Numbered from the whole stretch's first letter, positions 1 to 14,322 are shown. The stretch: DNA of 60,005 nucleotides, filler included, from Bipalium vagum (GCA_037834085.1; 3 parts of 3 records of this genome joined end to end with filler, not necessarily neighbours in it), one strand, 5' to 3'. Program-made: numbers and translations. Notes: generated by a model not told the origin, from the letters alone.

Positions 1-1302
1 AGTTTGTGAACTGTAAGGTCAACAACACATCAAAAAGTATTTTGTTGAGAATTTTTATTTCTTTAACTACTTATAATTTGTAAGAGAAGTTTAAAAAATA
101 TTTTTAAGCTACTTAAATATTCTGATAAATAATTTTTGAAGAACACTATCTCCTTTAAATCTGAATTTCTACGATTCTTAAAAGACCACAATTACGATGC
201 TCTAAACAATCAAAAACATTAGGTGTCTTCATCAAACCAAAAAACTTTAAAATGAAAGTGTTATCAGCTTGAAATAGGCAATCAATTCTTATAGTATATT
301 GAGTATGAAAGGACTTTGTAAGAAAACTCTGTGAAGTAAAATTATTGAATTAGTTCTAAAAAAACATGAATGACAAGTGAAACGATGAAAAATGGATGTC
401 CTGACATATTGGCATTTAGAACAAAATTTAGAAAGCAGTATTAATAGCTTTGTCAACCGATAGTTTTCCTGTTTTGTTTTCCGTCTTCTCCAGATGGAAT
501 TTGCACACAAATTTAATTCCGTGAAATTCCATTTATACAAATTAAAATTTAAAAATATTGGTAACATATATGTTTATATGTTTGTATCAACTTTATATTT
601 GTGGTAAACATAAACAATTACAACAAAATTATTGTAAATGACAAGACACTTTAACTGTACTTCATATTCATCATTTTAAAAATTGTCCCCAAGAAACTTA
701 ACTTACAGCCCTGTGTATCTTAAAAATACATTTTATTTCAAGAACCCTAACATAATAATGCTTGAGGATTTTCGATAAAATTATGAATATTATAAATTTC
801 TTCTGCAAAAATTCAACGAAATTAGAGTCATCTCATCAGAAACATTTGTAATATTATTTTCCAGCTTGTCCTATTAAATGTATTAATATTTTGGGAAATT
901 GTTGGTATGCATTGTTTCACAACAGTTTGTTCAATATGCCTTACAATAGAAGACAATGGGATAAGAAATATTATACCATTCATCCCTCTGACTAGACTCT
1001 AGAAAACATAGAAGATCAAAGGTAGTCAACACCCATTTAGAAATTAGAAATGAATAAATTATTGTAAATAATTTTAATAACACATTTACCCTCTTAAATG
1101 AATTTTTTAAAGATTTTCCAATCTCACAGACTCAGAAATCAATGAAAAAAAATCTTTCGATTTGGTTTTGTGGATCTATAATCACTGATTTTTCTATTTC
1201 TTTTAATTATTTTTTTTAAGAACTATCTTCTCTTACTTAATTGATTTTTTGAAAAATATATTTTCATAATTTACAAAAAAAGGAAAACAACAAAAAAATT
1301 AC

Positions 1303-4300
1303 CTTTGTAAAATTATAATACATCCATTCCAGGACCATACCTCGTTTGTGTGGATATCCAGTACAAGTAAGGTTAACAGAATCTCCAACTTTAACATTTG
1401 TCAAATTGCTCACTTCGATTTCTAATATATTTGTGATATATTTCAAATAAGAAACAAATATAATTTTATACTAGGCATAAATTTAAGAACATGGGTTTTC
1501 ACCAAAACCTTTTTTGATGGATCACTGGACGGATCAAGTAAACAAGAAACTTTGTGTACTAACAAATCATTAAGAATATCAATATTTGCTACATTTTTAT
1601 TTGATTGATCAGGATACGATATTGTGAACACATTCACTTTATCCACCAATATATTTTGAGTATCCCATTTTACTTTTTGGGACTTCAATCCCAAATTTCC
1701 TATGCAGCTTAAGCGGGTTTTTTCACCAATCAATGACGAACTATTGGGCAATATCTTAATTTCCAGCTCTAATTAATTTTACTTTGATTAAAAAACTAAG
1801 TTTTTATAATTAGGCCTTACTTTCTTCTCCGTAAAGCAAAAATTCCTGTGATGCCTTGTGTTCACTGACGGATTTGTGACAGGTGTATGTCCCCGAAATA
1901 CTGAACGATGGGTTTTTGATGGTGAGAACAGATTCAATTGTTTTTTCTTTTGAAATCGTATGAACAATTTTGTAATTGTCATTTTCGTTTTTGATTTCAA
2001 CATTTTCCTGATCAGTCCACAGAAGTTTTCCATCGCCCACCGTTGAACTGAAACACTTGATCGATATCGGTTGCAAAGCAGTGGAAAAATTCACTTTCAA
2101 AATACTCGGAGTAACAACCAAGTCTGACAAAACAAAAAATACTCGTTTAAATGATCCAGTTTTTATTTCAATATAATTAATTAATTGTGACCAACAATTT
2201 CAGTTTAAATGAATTAAAAAGCTTTTTTAAGAAAAATTAAATTTACCCTAAAGAATAAGTTGAATATTTATGTGAATAATTTTAAGAATTTAAAAAATTT
2301 TTCCAGGAGAAAGTTTACACATGCTTCTTTAAATTTTGCAAAATAACGATAAATTTAGTGAAAGCAATGTGCGACACGTTGTGAACAGTTAATATTTTTT
2401 TACAAATTTTTTTCCATTGCAAACAAAAATAAAATTTTCCCAACCAACCTGTTGCATAACTAAGGGAATAGAATATTATCAGAAACACAAATGAACTGGT
2501 TTACCTTGATCCAATAGTGAAATTTTTCTTTCCACTTTTATTTTTTATTTATTTATCTTTTTTATTTGAGATATTTATTTGAGATAAAGTGAAATTTAAC
2601 AACTTCACCTGTCATTTAAATGTTAAATTTTAATAAACAATTATTTTTAATTTTAAAGACAAAAAAATTGATTTAGTCCTCCTATTATGATGGGTCTCCA
2701 TGATGAGCTTGAAGAATACTAATTAATAAAAACTTTTTAAAAAACCTTTCGTAAAGAACCGATCAACGATATATAAAAGTATTTTGGATAGAAGTCTTTA
2801 AATTTTCCGATATTCTTTTGAAAGGTTGAATAAAGAACTAATTGATTCATGCTAACAGCTGGATTCATTATAAAAAGGAAAATAACACACAATTTCTGCT
2901 TATATATATAAATATAAAATGTATTTCTATAGAAAAAAATAATAAATTGTGGTTTGGATCAATTATGTGCAAAAATCTGACCTTACTAATAATGAAAATC
3001 AATAGATTATTTATTCGCTGAATTACAAAACCTAAACCATTAAGGGAATCGATGACCTCTGGATTTAACACCGCCATGCGCATATACAAAAATGGAGAAA
3101 ATTACTGATAAACAATTCCACCGAACCTGATATGGATAACCTAGGAATTTTTTCATTTTCATTTATTTATAAATAAGGTCTGAAAATTATTTATTGTTGA
3201 TAGAAATTTAATTCCTCGAATTCTTTTTTAATTATTGAACTATTAACAAATCAAAACAAATGAATAAAAATAACAAATCAAATTAAAATAATTTTAATCA
3301 AAATAATTTTTTTTTAATTGGTATATTTTTTAAAATTAAAACATTTAACAATTTCTCCCTTCAGACAAAATGTTGCATGGACGATTTAAACAATAAAGTG
3401 ATAGAAAATTCATAAGAGATAAACAGTCAAGAAAACAAAACCCTTGTTTTCATAGGAAAACATGCATTTTCCTATGAAATGTGTGTACATTTCTATTGCA
3501 TAAATATACGTTCGAATCCACTTCGCTTATTTCACATGTACTCTGTTATTCTACATACAAAATCTTTTTGGTAAAATAGTATTCAGAGAATTTTTCGTTA
3601 GGACTTTTAATGCATTTTCCCATTACCCAGATATATTCCAAGTTCAGTGGAATAAATTATTATTGTGATTTTTTCTTTTGTCTTTTAAAGAGTTTAGGGT
3701 TTCTTTCGAATAATTCATAATCCGATTTCAAAATAATTATTAAATAAATTTCCCTAATAAGAATCATAAATTATTGGACTTTGGAAGATCATGTCAAATG
3801 ATAATAGTCTCAGAAAGAAAAAAGTAATCATTTTTAATAAAGGTTTGGGAATTTTAATTTATAAAGAACAAATATAACTTTATCCATATTACACTCTCGG
3901 TTATATATGAGTAACATGACTGTCCAAAAGATGAAACAGGCATTTTACTGCTACGATGTCATTGGGTAACAGCATTATTTAATGGTTTAATAAATTTAAA
4001 TAAAATCTTAATTTTATTTTTCAATGGAAAAAAGTTATCTGGCAACAGAATTTTGAATTTTTACAATAAATAGAACACTACTTGAACTATATGTAAAGGT
4101 CCAAATACTGTTATTGTTATTTTCAGCAGAAAAACATTAAACGGGAAGTTTGATGAAATCAATGATCATATGATATTTCAGTTATTATACTTATATCGCA
4201 TACCTGGTTCAATGGTGAATGACACTTCCTGTTTATATTTTTATTTAAAAGCATTGGATTTAATTTTGGACAGAATATCTCAATTAAAATCACAGGGAAT

Positions 4301-7300
4301 TCCATAAATCGGGAAAATTCAAATTCACAATTACCGTTGATAATCACATTGATTTTTGCATCACTTTCACCAGCTGATGGATTGACAAAACAGCCATAAT
4401 TACCGGAATAGTCGGCTAAAGCTTTCTCCATCACCAGAAATGCCTTGTCCGGCATATTTGGATCGGTAATTGACAGCACTCCTTCTGGCAGCGCTGACCG
4501 GTCAGCTCTGCGCCACTCCACTGTTTTTCTAAACTTATCCGCCGGTCCTATTTCTGCTATACATGAGATATTAACTTTGTCATTTACTTGAGCTATATGT
4601 CGGATAAGGCCTATTGATATATCTGAAAGTATCAATAAAACAGTTCAGTTCATCATAATTATTAATTAAAAAACTATAAAAATAATACAGATCAGTCTTT
4701 TCAGTCAAGTAAAAACTATTTTTTAAATTTACCATCTGCAGTACTAAACGTGTATTCCTCAGAGATAGCGTCAGACGGTCCGTACTGATATTTGACCAAG
4801 GCCTGAATAAATATGTTTCAAACTACAGAAAAAAGACCAATTCAAAAATTCAACAAGTAAAAACAAGAATGTTTTCTTATTTTGATTTGTTCATATCACA
4901 AAGCCATTTTACATCAATGTAAGAAAACAGACGTGTTATGCTTCGCATTAAAACAAAAATATAGAAACATTAATTGGGTTGATTGTAAATTTGGATTTGT
5001 TTTTCTGCTTACTTTTTTCTCATTATTCCAGCAACATTTCAAAACTTCGATCATGGGAAAAATGTGAAATCATTTCTTTTTTTAGACAGATCAATTTCTC
5101 TAGTCCAAATGCCACGAGACAAAATGTCATCAGTTCATTAGAGTGAATAATAATTAAAAAATTATTTTCTTTAACAATTATATTTAAAACAAAAAACGAT
5201 TAATTAATTAAAAGAAATCAAATAAAATTGTGATTTTTCAACAACGTTGATGTTTCGAAAAAAGAATTAACTGGTCCGAAAATTGCCCACACAAAATTGA
5301 TACAGTGACAAAAAAATGGAACAATTAAAAATATTAGAAAATGGAAAGAGTTTCATAAAGCTTTGGGTATTTTTCGTTAAAATATTTTTTCTTTTATCTT
5401 GAAAATAAAATATTGACTAAAAAACTGATTATTTAGATAGAATAATAATTAAAATTAAAACTAAATTAATAAAGTGAAGAATAATAAAAATAAAAGCAAT
5501 TTTTTCCTTTCATCTCGAAAAAAGAAATATTGGCCAAAACATGGAACATTTGAATAGAAAAATAATTAAAAATAAAAATAAATAAATAAAAATTGAAAGT
5601 AATCTTCACATTTGAATTTTCATAATATTTTCTTTTATGAATTAATAATATTTTCCAAAGCCAACAATTGTCAACAATGGATTGAAAAATAATTAGATTC
5701 TGGAAATTTAATTCATCAAACGTAGAAAATTGACGTCATTGTTTTCTTGATTTTGAAAAGTATAAAAAATCGATAATTATGACTATATTCTCCATCGACT
5801 AAAGACTGAGAGAGAGTAAATTTTCCAAATCTCAGGGAAAAACACTGTAACCCCTGCCTCTGATATAAATAAGGAATTTTGCATTATACTTCACTATTTT
5901 TATATCATAGCAACGTGTCATAAGACAATAAATAGTAAAATCAATAGAAATATATAATTTTTATTTAAGTGAATTTTTATTGAAAAAGTTAATGATTTTA
6001 TTTTTTATCTTTAAGTCTACCTACAGTGATGTGATATTTTCTTCCGGGGATCAAATTAGAGATTTTGTACTGCAAATTGCCAATTTTGGTTATATTTTTC
6101 GTTGACAATTCCGCATTTGAACTTTTAATGTCAAAATCAACTGTTCCTATGGGACAAGGAATATTGGTTTGAGATGGTACCAGAGTAAGAGATTTTTGCG
6201 TAGATAACGTACTTCCATCTATTATTATTTTAGTGGATTCTAGAAAATAAATTATTAATGCCATTAAAGGCATGAATGATGCCCAAGCTAACTTATATTA
6301 TTTATATCTTTTTCCACTGAAAAAATTTGGCCGCGATTATCATTTAAGAACAACGGCTGAACAGACAAAATCAATTTTGAAGAATGTCTATCATCAACAC
6401 TGGGAATTTCAGCCTTGTACGAATTTTTCCCAGCCACAACGTTTGTCTTATTAATATATTTTGTCTTTATTGTAGTAGCATTGCAGGCAATAATTGTGGT
6501 TGCAATTTTTAACTCATATCCCAATAATAAATCACTGGTTTCTTTTTCGATTCCGTCCCAGATTAAAGATGATTTAGATTCCTCTTTAAGTTTCAGATTC
6601 TTTACTCTCAAATCGGCTAAAAATAAAAATGATAATAAAAATTGCAAAATACTCATTTCCTCTATAAATATTTCAGACACTCACACTATTATAAAAAAAA
6701 CCCTTTACAACCTTTTGAAGATGTGATGAAATGTCATTAATATTCTTTCAATCACGTTTTATTTCATATTCAAAGAAGGTCATTAAAATGTTATTATAAT
6801 ATTTATTGAGTGAGCTTATTATGACTGATTTAGCAAATGGAGATATAGTAAAGGATAATAAATTATTTAGCAGTTCGTTTTTGTATTACAAATGATATAA
6901 ATCGAAATCGATAAAAGGCTAAAAAGTTCGTTTTCACATATAAAGTGACATTGTTAATCATAGAAAATGCATTTATAAACAATAAGCAATAAAAGTCTGC
7001 CATGCCTAAGCATATTTCAGAAAAAACGACTATTCAAATATGATTCATTTCCTAAGTCATACACGAAGAAAAAGCAATTAAAATTATTCCCTTCTCATGA
7101 AAAAAAAACAATGGGGAAAATCGTTAAATTGTTACATGAATATATTCCTCTGTCTATGTCTACGTATGCACATGGTGGAATTAAATGTGAACGTTTTCTT
7201 GAAATGTCTAAGACTATGGCTTTTTTGTATTGATTGATTCAAGTTTAAAAATAAATTTTTGACCACATCGAAAATTAATTATTCTGTAAAACAAATTTGC

Positions 7301-9295
7301 ATAAATATTAAGAACAAATCAATCAATATCATGCAATACCAAAGACTGTATACTGGTTGAAACTAGAGAGAATTTTTAAGTCGAATTTCTATTTACCTGG
7401 AAACTCTGTAAATATTTGGTTTTCATTCCAAAATTCTATCAAGTGCCATAACTCAATTCTAAGAGAGATGAAAAGAAGGATGCATTGATAACACTAGACC
7501 ACTGCTACCACTCACTACTGGCAGCATTTGTAAATATTATAATTATAACATCAAACACGATAATCGAGTAAAACTAATCAATTTTACAAAAATTGTTTTT
7601 TTCATTTCCTGTATGGGAGATTATCTTTGACTGTTGGCGCCCATTTATTAGGATTAATTCAATGTCATGACTCGGTCCACAAATTGGACAATCATCCAAT
7701 GTATCATTCCTGTATCAAATGTACAGTAGTCTAAAACTAAGATTAGCCTGATTAACAACCGCTTCAAACTGGTCTTCAATAAAAGTAGGCCACGTTTGAT
7801 TTAGTATTCTAAAAACCAATTTCCAAAATGTAATAAATTTTTCTAAAAAATTTAAGCAGGCTACAAATATATGTAAGAAATAGATTATTTTTTTGCATAT
7901 TGATCTTTTGAAAATTAACACGATTTCTTGTCTTAATAGTATAAGCTTACTGTAAATCACAAAATGAAAATTTTACCTAAATATGTATATCAGGTAACGA
8001 ACTAAGTTTTTTCGTTTTTTCAGTTGTTTAAATTTTTAGCCCCTGGGATTTTCATTTATCTACCGATTTAAATTTTCTTTGTTTTAGTTTGCAGCTTAAG
8101 CATGTGAGTTTCAAATTTACTGTATAATTAATGTTATTAACCATTATCCTCTGGAATAGATGCTCCAAATGTTCGCTGGACAAATCACAAATTTGAGCAA
8201 TTATTTATTACGAATGCAAAAATTGCACAAGCACAAATGAAACTGTTGCAAAACTTAACTAGGTGCTTGGTAAAAGAACAATGCAACTGCGAACAATGCA
8301 AAATTGGTTCAAAAAATTCAATAGTGGCGATTTTTCATTGGAAGACAAAGAGAGGTATGTAAGGCCAAAAGAGTGAACCTTCTTGAACAAAACAGATCAA
8401 TTAGTGCTAAACAAATCGCTTTTGAGTTAAATATAAGCGATACAGCAATAAGAAACCGACTGGAAACGTTAGGATTCACTTGTAAACACGACAAATGGGT
8501 TTCTCACTATCTAGCTGAAAAAACAAGTTGGATTGCATTAAAATTTTATCAAGACTTCTCGAAAGAAACTGAAATGATCCTTTTCTCGACCGGATAGTCA
8601 CTTGCGATGAAAAGTTGGTCTATCATGACAACATAACCAGACGAAGATCGTGGTCGTTAAAAGGAGAGCCTCTGCAAAAATTGAAAAACGCAACCTTACA
8701 CGAAACAATGTTCTCTTATCCATTTGGTGGGATTCTCGTGGAATTATTTATCAGGAGTTTCTCAAATCCGAAGAAACCATTAATTCTGATGCATATTGTG
8801 ATATGCTAAGAAGAGTTCATGCTATTATGAAGGAAAACCGGAGCAGTTTTATAAACCAAAAACAAGTGATTTTCCACAAAGATAATGCCAAGCTTCACAA
8901 ATCAATGATGATATTGAAGGTTATTCAAAAATTGAGCTGGACTCTAAATGGATCATCCGCCATATAGTCCCGATATCGTCTCATCCGATTTTTATTTGTT
9001 CCGGGTATAACAGAATCACTTGATGGGTAAAACTTTTAAGAGTTCCGAAGGATTAAGAATGAAGAACTTTCTTTCTTTCATTCAAAAGATCGAGATTTCT
9101 TTAATACTGGGGTCAATAAACTTCTAAATAGTTGGGATGCAATAATAGAAAAAGATGGGAAATATCTGGATGATTAATTGTTAAATAATGTTTTTGATTA
9201 ATAAATTAAATCTAACTTCAGCCTTAGTTTAGTTTTTAATTAAAGAACGAAAAAACTTAGTTCGTTACCTGATATACCTGTATTAATATGACATA

Positions 9296-9338
<43 letters not shown>

Positions 9339-11160
9339 AGTATTATTAATATTTGGTAATTAATATTTAATAATAATAATCAAATTTCAACACATAAATA
9401 AAAGATTTTCCAAGATCGCCATTAGTATTTTAACACAATATATTTTCCCATGGCTTTTGAAATAGTCTGTCCTATGAGAATAAACAGACTAAAAATTGAA
9501 GCAAGTAATATTTACAAATCCAGTTTATCAATATTGATCCAATATAATATAATGGATCGTGTTTTAAAGTGATATTAATAATTCAAAAGAAGGAGAGATT
9601 GAGATAAAAATTTGAAACTGTTTTGGAAATTTTAAGCCGAAAATTAGAAAAAAGTAGATTAGATATGAATTAGAAATTATTTAAAAATAAACGAATAATA
9701 AAAAAAGAAGATCAATTAAAAATGATTGATGATTAAAATTGTGACATCCTTTTTATGTGACCATGGCGATCAACTAACAATGATATAAATAGGTTCGTAC
9801 TGTGAGATAAATTGAAAGTTAGTCGGGGGATGTAGCTCAGCGGTCAGAGCAGTGCATGCGCATGTAAAGGTCCCGGGTTCGAATCCCGGTATCTCCGACT
9901 AATTTTCACTAACACGTACTTTTTAATTGACCATTGTAAGTATTATTTCAATATACCAACATCCAGTTTTTTCCCAGTACAGAAACAAACGAATTAATAA
10001 ATTGGATGTTGAAAAATGATGTTCTGAAGTATTTTTTTCGTGAAACTTAGCATCTACAATTAGTTCTAATAAACTTATCATTGTTTTCAATAATGTTATT
10101 ACAATTTTTGAAAACTTTCAAATGCAAATTGATCATTTGTTTAAGATCACAAATGATAGGAGGAGATAATAGAAAAAGGAAATTGTCTGAGCATAGATAT
10201 CTAAGATGTTTGCAAAGGAAAAAACAAAGTAAATAATTTGGCTTATTTTCCTTTTGAGAAAAATGAAAAAAAATTATGACAATTTCCAATCAATTTTTTG
10301 AGAATTTTATTAATTAACATTAATCAGTTAATTTTATTTTAATAATTCCCATTGTGAATCACTGGTTAAACAACTAAACTCAAACATTCAATGTCAATCG
10401 ACAAAACACATATGGAGATTGCGTTTATAATCAAAACATCATTATTGCCATAATTAGATTTGAATCCTTTCTCTCGGTCTTCAACGACTACCACAGAAAT
10501 TGTCGATTGCCTTTTTAAAAAAACACTCCGGATTATTAATTCAAAACCCTCTCATGACCGAAAGGTAATAAAATGACCCCAACAAAATTTTCATGTCAAG
10601 AAATAATATAATAAATATATATAAATATATATAAACAGTACTGGTTTAACATTATCCGTCATACATATTTATCATTTTTTATGTTATTTTTATGTTCCAT
10701 ACAAAATTCATCCAATGAATGACAATTATTATTATTATTATTATTTTATTTTTATTTTTTATTTTCATTTTTATTAATTCTTTTATTAATAGTAATATTA
10801 ATAATAAACTAAACAAACTTGGTTTTTTAATGTAAAATTTTTCTGAATAAACTTCTACAAACCCTTCTATTTGTAAAATGATATTCAATTCTACTGATGA
10901 ATTGACTAGATCCACATCAAATATATACTTTGACTGTTGAAGTACTAATTCTTGATCGACCTTTTGGGGCTGTATGATTTTCAGTAAAACTTTTCCACAC
11001 GGAATGAAATCATCAACAATCTGAAAGTATTAGATTCACATTACGTTTTACTACTTATTTATTACTTTTGATTTAAATAGTAGTTCCAATTGAACCTTTA
11101 TAAGATTTGTATTAGACGCGTCCGAATTGATATTTATATAACGCATTTTTGTTTTGATGT
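1303..11160 (-). CDS. Multi-exon cell-surface/secreted protein: two FN3-like domains followed by at least 3.5 Ig-like domains (3' end unresolved, probably runs off the window)
   Basis: Phase-compatible GT-AG exons at about 11160-11066, 11020-10819, 6616-6293, 6239-6025, 4802-4733, 4622-4334, 2123-1819, 1768-1472 and 1421-1303 join without stops. FN3 hallmarks: LIWD..LLGYEL and YKISNLIPGRKYHIT|ALVKY..YTFST. Ig hallmarks: VNISC..VEWRR..DYSGNYGC, ISIKC..LLW..SGTYTC, RLSC..VKW..VSC and KVGDSVNLTCTG..LEW. The link across 10818-6617 is inferred from intron phase only. Confidence 0.7.
7990..9272 (+). mobile_element. Full-length mariner (DD34D) element with a disrupted transposase
   Basis: 27-bp perfect TIRs (TCAGGTAACGAACTAAGTTTTTTCGTT), TA on both flanks, length about 1.28 kb. 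Transposase motifs lie in shifting frames: KWVSH, RIVTCDEK, LSIWWDSRGII, HKDNAKLH, HPPYSPDIVSSDFYLF. Confidence 0.95.
9296..9338. repeat. (TTA)n microsatellite
   Basis: Uninterrupted tandem TTA run. Confidence 0.9.
9826..9897 (+). ncRNA. tRNA-Ala-derived Pol III unit (atypical tRNA, pseudo-tRNA or SINE head) with a non-canonical anticodon arm
   Basis: GGGGATG/TATCTCC acceptor stem with G3:U70, D stem GCTC/GAGC, T arm CCGGG-TTCGAAT-CCCGG. A and B boxes are intact and a TTTT terminator lies at 9903-9906. The anticodon region is 1 nt short, lacks U33, and the discriminator is G. Confidence 0.8.
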
Positions 11161-11713
11161 CTGCATATAAAAGGAAAAATATATTGTGATAAATATTAAT
11201 AAAAAAAATTAATAAAATAAAAGTTAATAAAATAATTAATAAATAAAATAATAATAATAATAATAATAAAGAACAAAAAATGTGTAGGAAAGATTGAAAT
11301 TAGAAAATAACCCATTAAGCAAATATTAAAGAAAAAAAAAATTTAAAACCTGGTTAATTCAATAAAAATGAAAACTGAGAGAAATATAATCGATTTGTGG
11401 AATAAAATATTTATCATGTTTTCCAATTCATATTTTACTTAATATATATTATGCTTAGATATTAAAATAATATTTTTTTTCATTTCTGAACATTAAACTT
11501 TATTTAACATATTAAAAACAATCTTTATAATTCCACTTGGAAAAATATTCTGGAAAAGCAAAATATATGTTAGTAGAGGAAATCGGAAATTTTATAAATG
11601 GAAAAAAAATCGTTGTCATTGCATTAAAAATAATTTATTAAAATAAAATTCTGTGTAATATTATTATTTTCTCTTGAATTTTTTTAAAGAAAATTTTCAC
11701 AGATATTTTATAC

Positions 11714-14240
11714 CGTCGGACTAATTTAATAAAACTTGCATCAATGGTGAATCGTTTAATATATCTAATTTCATTTTTAACTTTCACAGACAATTCTGCT
11801 AACAAATAAAAACCGTTTCAGGTATTGGCAGTGGCAGCAGCAACAGTAGAAGAATTTAGCTGTCAAATAATACTTAAATAATAAACATTTTTTCTGTGAA
11901 TTACAATATCGGGTACTGTTTAATATTAATATTTGTTTATTAATTCATTTATTATTTATTGCACCAATTTAGACTGAACTTATTATACCAAAAAAACCAA
12001 TTTTAAACTATTTTGTTCTGTATTGATCATTAATATTAATAATATTATTATTATATATTTCAGAAAATAATCAACATAAAATCCAAGTTCAAATTTTGTT
12101 TGTCCGATTTCGCGAGAGACATAAAAAGGAAAACATCACTTTTCGAACACAAGATTCGAATCACTTTTCTTTGATGTTATCATCTTATATAAACAGTGAA
12201 CGGAAAACTGTGTAATCAAGTCTAAATTTATTCAGAGACAGTGCATAAGGAAAATAGTTTACAGTCATTTGTGATTTGATGTTTGTGCAAATTCCAAAAA
12301 AATGTCAGATATAGTTGAAATATCAATGAAACTTTAAAAATAAAATTCCAAATTGAAAAAAAAGAAGTCATTTGTATTAAGATTTTTGCTCACCTTTCAG
12401 ATCTAAAGTCAACGCAGTATCGACCGTGAAATTCTTCAATGTTTCATTCGTTGAGGAATCAATAAGAGAATAGTTGTATTTCGAAGCTATGTTTCGCTTG
12501 TAATTTACCAGTAAAATTGTGATGTTTTTCTGTTGAGTACAAGAAACCTGATTATCAGTTACGGAACAATTGTTTTCTAAATCAAAATTAACGAAACAAT
12601 GAAACACTGACAAGTTTTATTCAGTCCCTACTAGAAAGTACTGCCAAAATTTTATTAGACGTTTTTGAGCACGTTTTCTCTTTGAGAACCATTTTGATCT
12701 CTCTCGATCCAGTATAAACCACTTTTATTGTTATCAACTTGTCCGTAAGTTCCGTCATCATTTCTGGTATTTTATTGGGCTCATGGCTGATCTCTGAAAA
12801 CCAACATATATCAGCATAGCGATATTCGCTAAACAAATGCACAGTTGTATACACATAATACACATGGCCCATGATTCACGACGAGACATGGAATGGCAAT
12901 TATTATGACTAGTGATTAATTTGTGGGCACATAACGGAGAAACATTTATGAAAACATTTCTTTCGACATTTACTGTTGATTGTTCCCGTACACAAACAAA
13001 TTCTGGTTTAGGACGTACAGACAGAAAATCCAGGATTGATATTCGATTGATATAACCAACTCTGGGCAGATTTATGCACAAAGTTTTCCTTCAAAAATAT
13101 CGTTCAGATTTCCTGTGCCTGTCTACTGCTTAGTGTACACTAGATATTTTATTTTCCCAGTGACATACAAATTATTGATTTTCCCCTTGATTTTTACAAC
13201 ATTTGAAAAACAAACAAACTGTCAATAATGACTGGAATATATTGATTTTTTGTTTATTTTAGTTTTCAGAAAATAAATAAAATTTCATGGACTCAATAAA
13301 AATAATATCCATATATTGTTGCATATGAGAAGTTCTATGAATCTAAAACAACTTTACAGAATTTAAAATGGCACGCGGTCATGATAAATGGTGCTGCCTA
13401 CAAATGCGCATTTATCATCATCACAGGTGTGCCGACAGTCTACAATTTTAGAAACATTTGTTTGATAGTGAAACAGATTTGGTGGTGAAACCAAATAGTA
13501 AGAAATTAATTAAGAGAAACAATTTTAAAAACATTCTTACTTATGAATTTGACAGTGGTATTTTGACTCAAGTTATATTTCTTTGAAAAATAATTTATCT
13601 TGATCTCTTCATTATGAATGAATTCGGGAAAAATCTCTTCGGTTTTATATCTGAAAACATGGACATCCCATGAATGGGGATTGTCATTAAAGGCCTTTAT
13701 TTTTTCCACGGTACTTTTCTGGAAATGACAAACGAAATTTAAAATTATTTCATTTCATTATTTAACAGAAATACCTCGGTTTTAAAGGATTCTTGTTCAG
13801 TAGCACTGATAAAAAATTTGGCGTTAAAATTGATTCCTTGAACTAAACTGAGCGCCGAAATATTCACAACAATAAATCCATTTTTCAGATCCTTTTCAGG
13901 AATTATTATCAAATTGTTATTTGCCATCCTTAATCTTTTGTCACTTTCTTCTAATTTGTATTGGGTGATCGTTTCAAATACCAGTTCTATTGTAAAATAG
14001 TAAAGTAAGCACATGAGTTATATTACAAAAAAGAAAAGAAGAAATTGTACAGTAGTTAAAAGGCGTGCTAACAATAAAACCATCGTGTGCAATAAAATGT
14101 ACATGACATAAGAATAGCTCTTGATACCAGTACATTAAATAAAAAAAAGATTTCAAGAAATTAAAGCAAGTTAAGAAAAACTTACCTTCTGAATAATAAA
14201 TTACCAAATTAATGAAATTATAAAATATTATAAATCAATA
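11714..14240 (-). pseudogene. Decayed 5' exons of a secreted/surface protein gene (possibly the 5' part of the FN3/Ig gene)
   Basis: Exon-like blocks with GT-AG borders at about 13986-13775, 13718-13541 and 12577-12394. The hydrophobic signal-like exon (FIIFYNFINLVIYYSE) has no ATG. There is GG instead of AG at the 13491-13492 acceptor, frameshifts at about 13440 and in 12100-12330, and an in-frame TGA at 11818-11820. Confidence 0.55.
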
Positions 14241-14322
14241 ATTATTGGAATTTATTAATTAAATATATAATATGTAGAAAAAAATCAAATGGTTATAATA
14301 ATTAATAATTAATTAATAATTA

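Noticed and set aside
420-535. MEFHGIKFVCKF segment that might complete the last Ig domain
   Set aside because: No canonical AG acceptor and a stop immediately upstream, so it cannot be linked confidently.
815-840. CTGATGA hammerhead-like core on the minus strand
   Set aside because: No GAAA or stem III after the putative stem II.
9851-9872. Idea that the 8-nt anticodon loop makes a frameshift-suppressor tRNA rescuing the neighbouring broken exons
   Set aside because: The loop lacks U33 and self-pairs, and the neighbouring lesions are heterogeneous (stops, splice-site loss), not a shared quadruplet.
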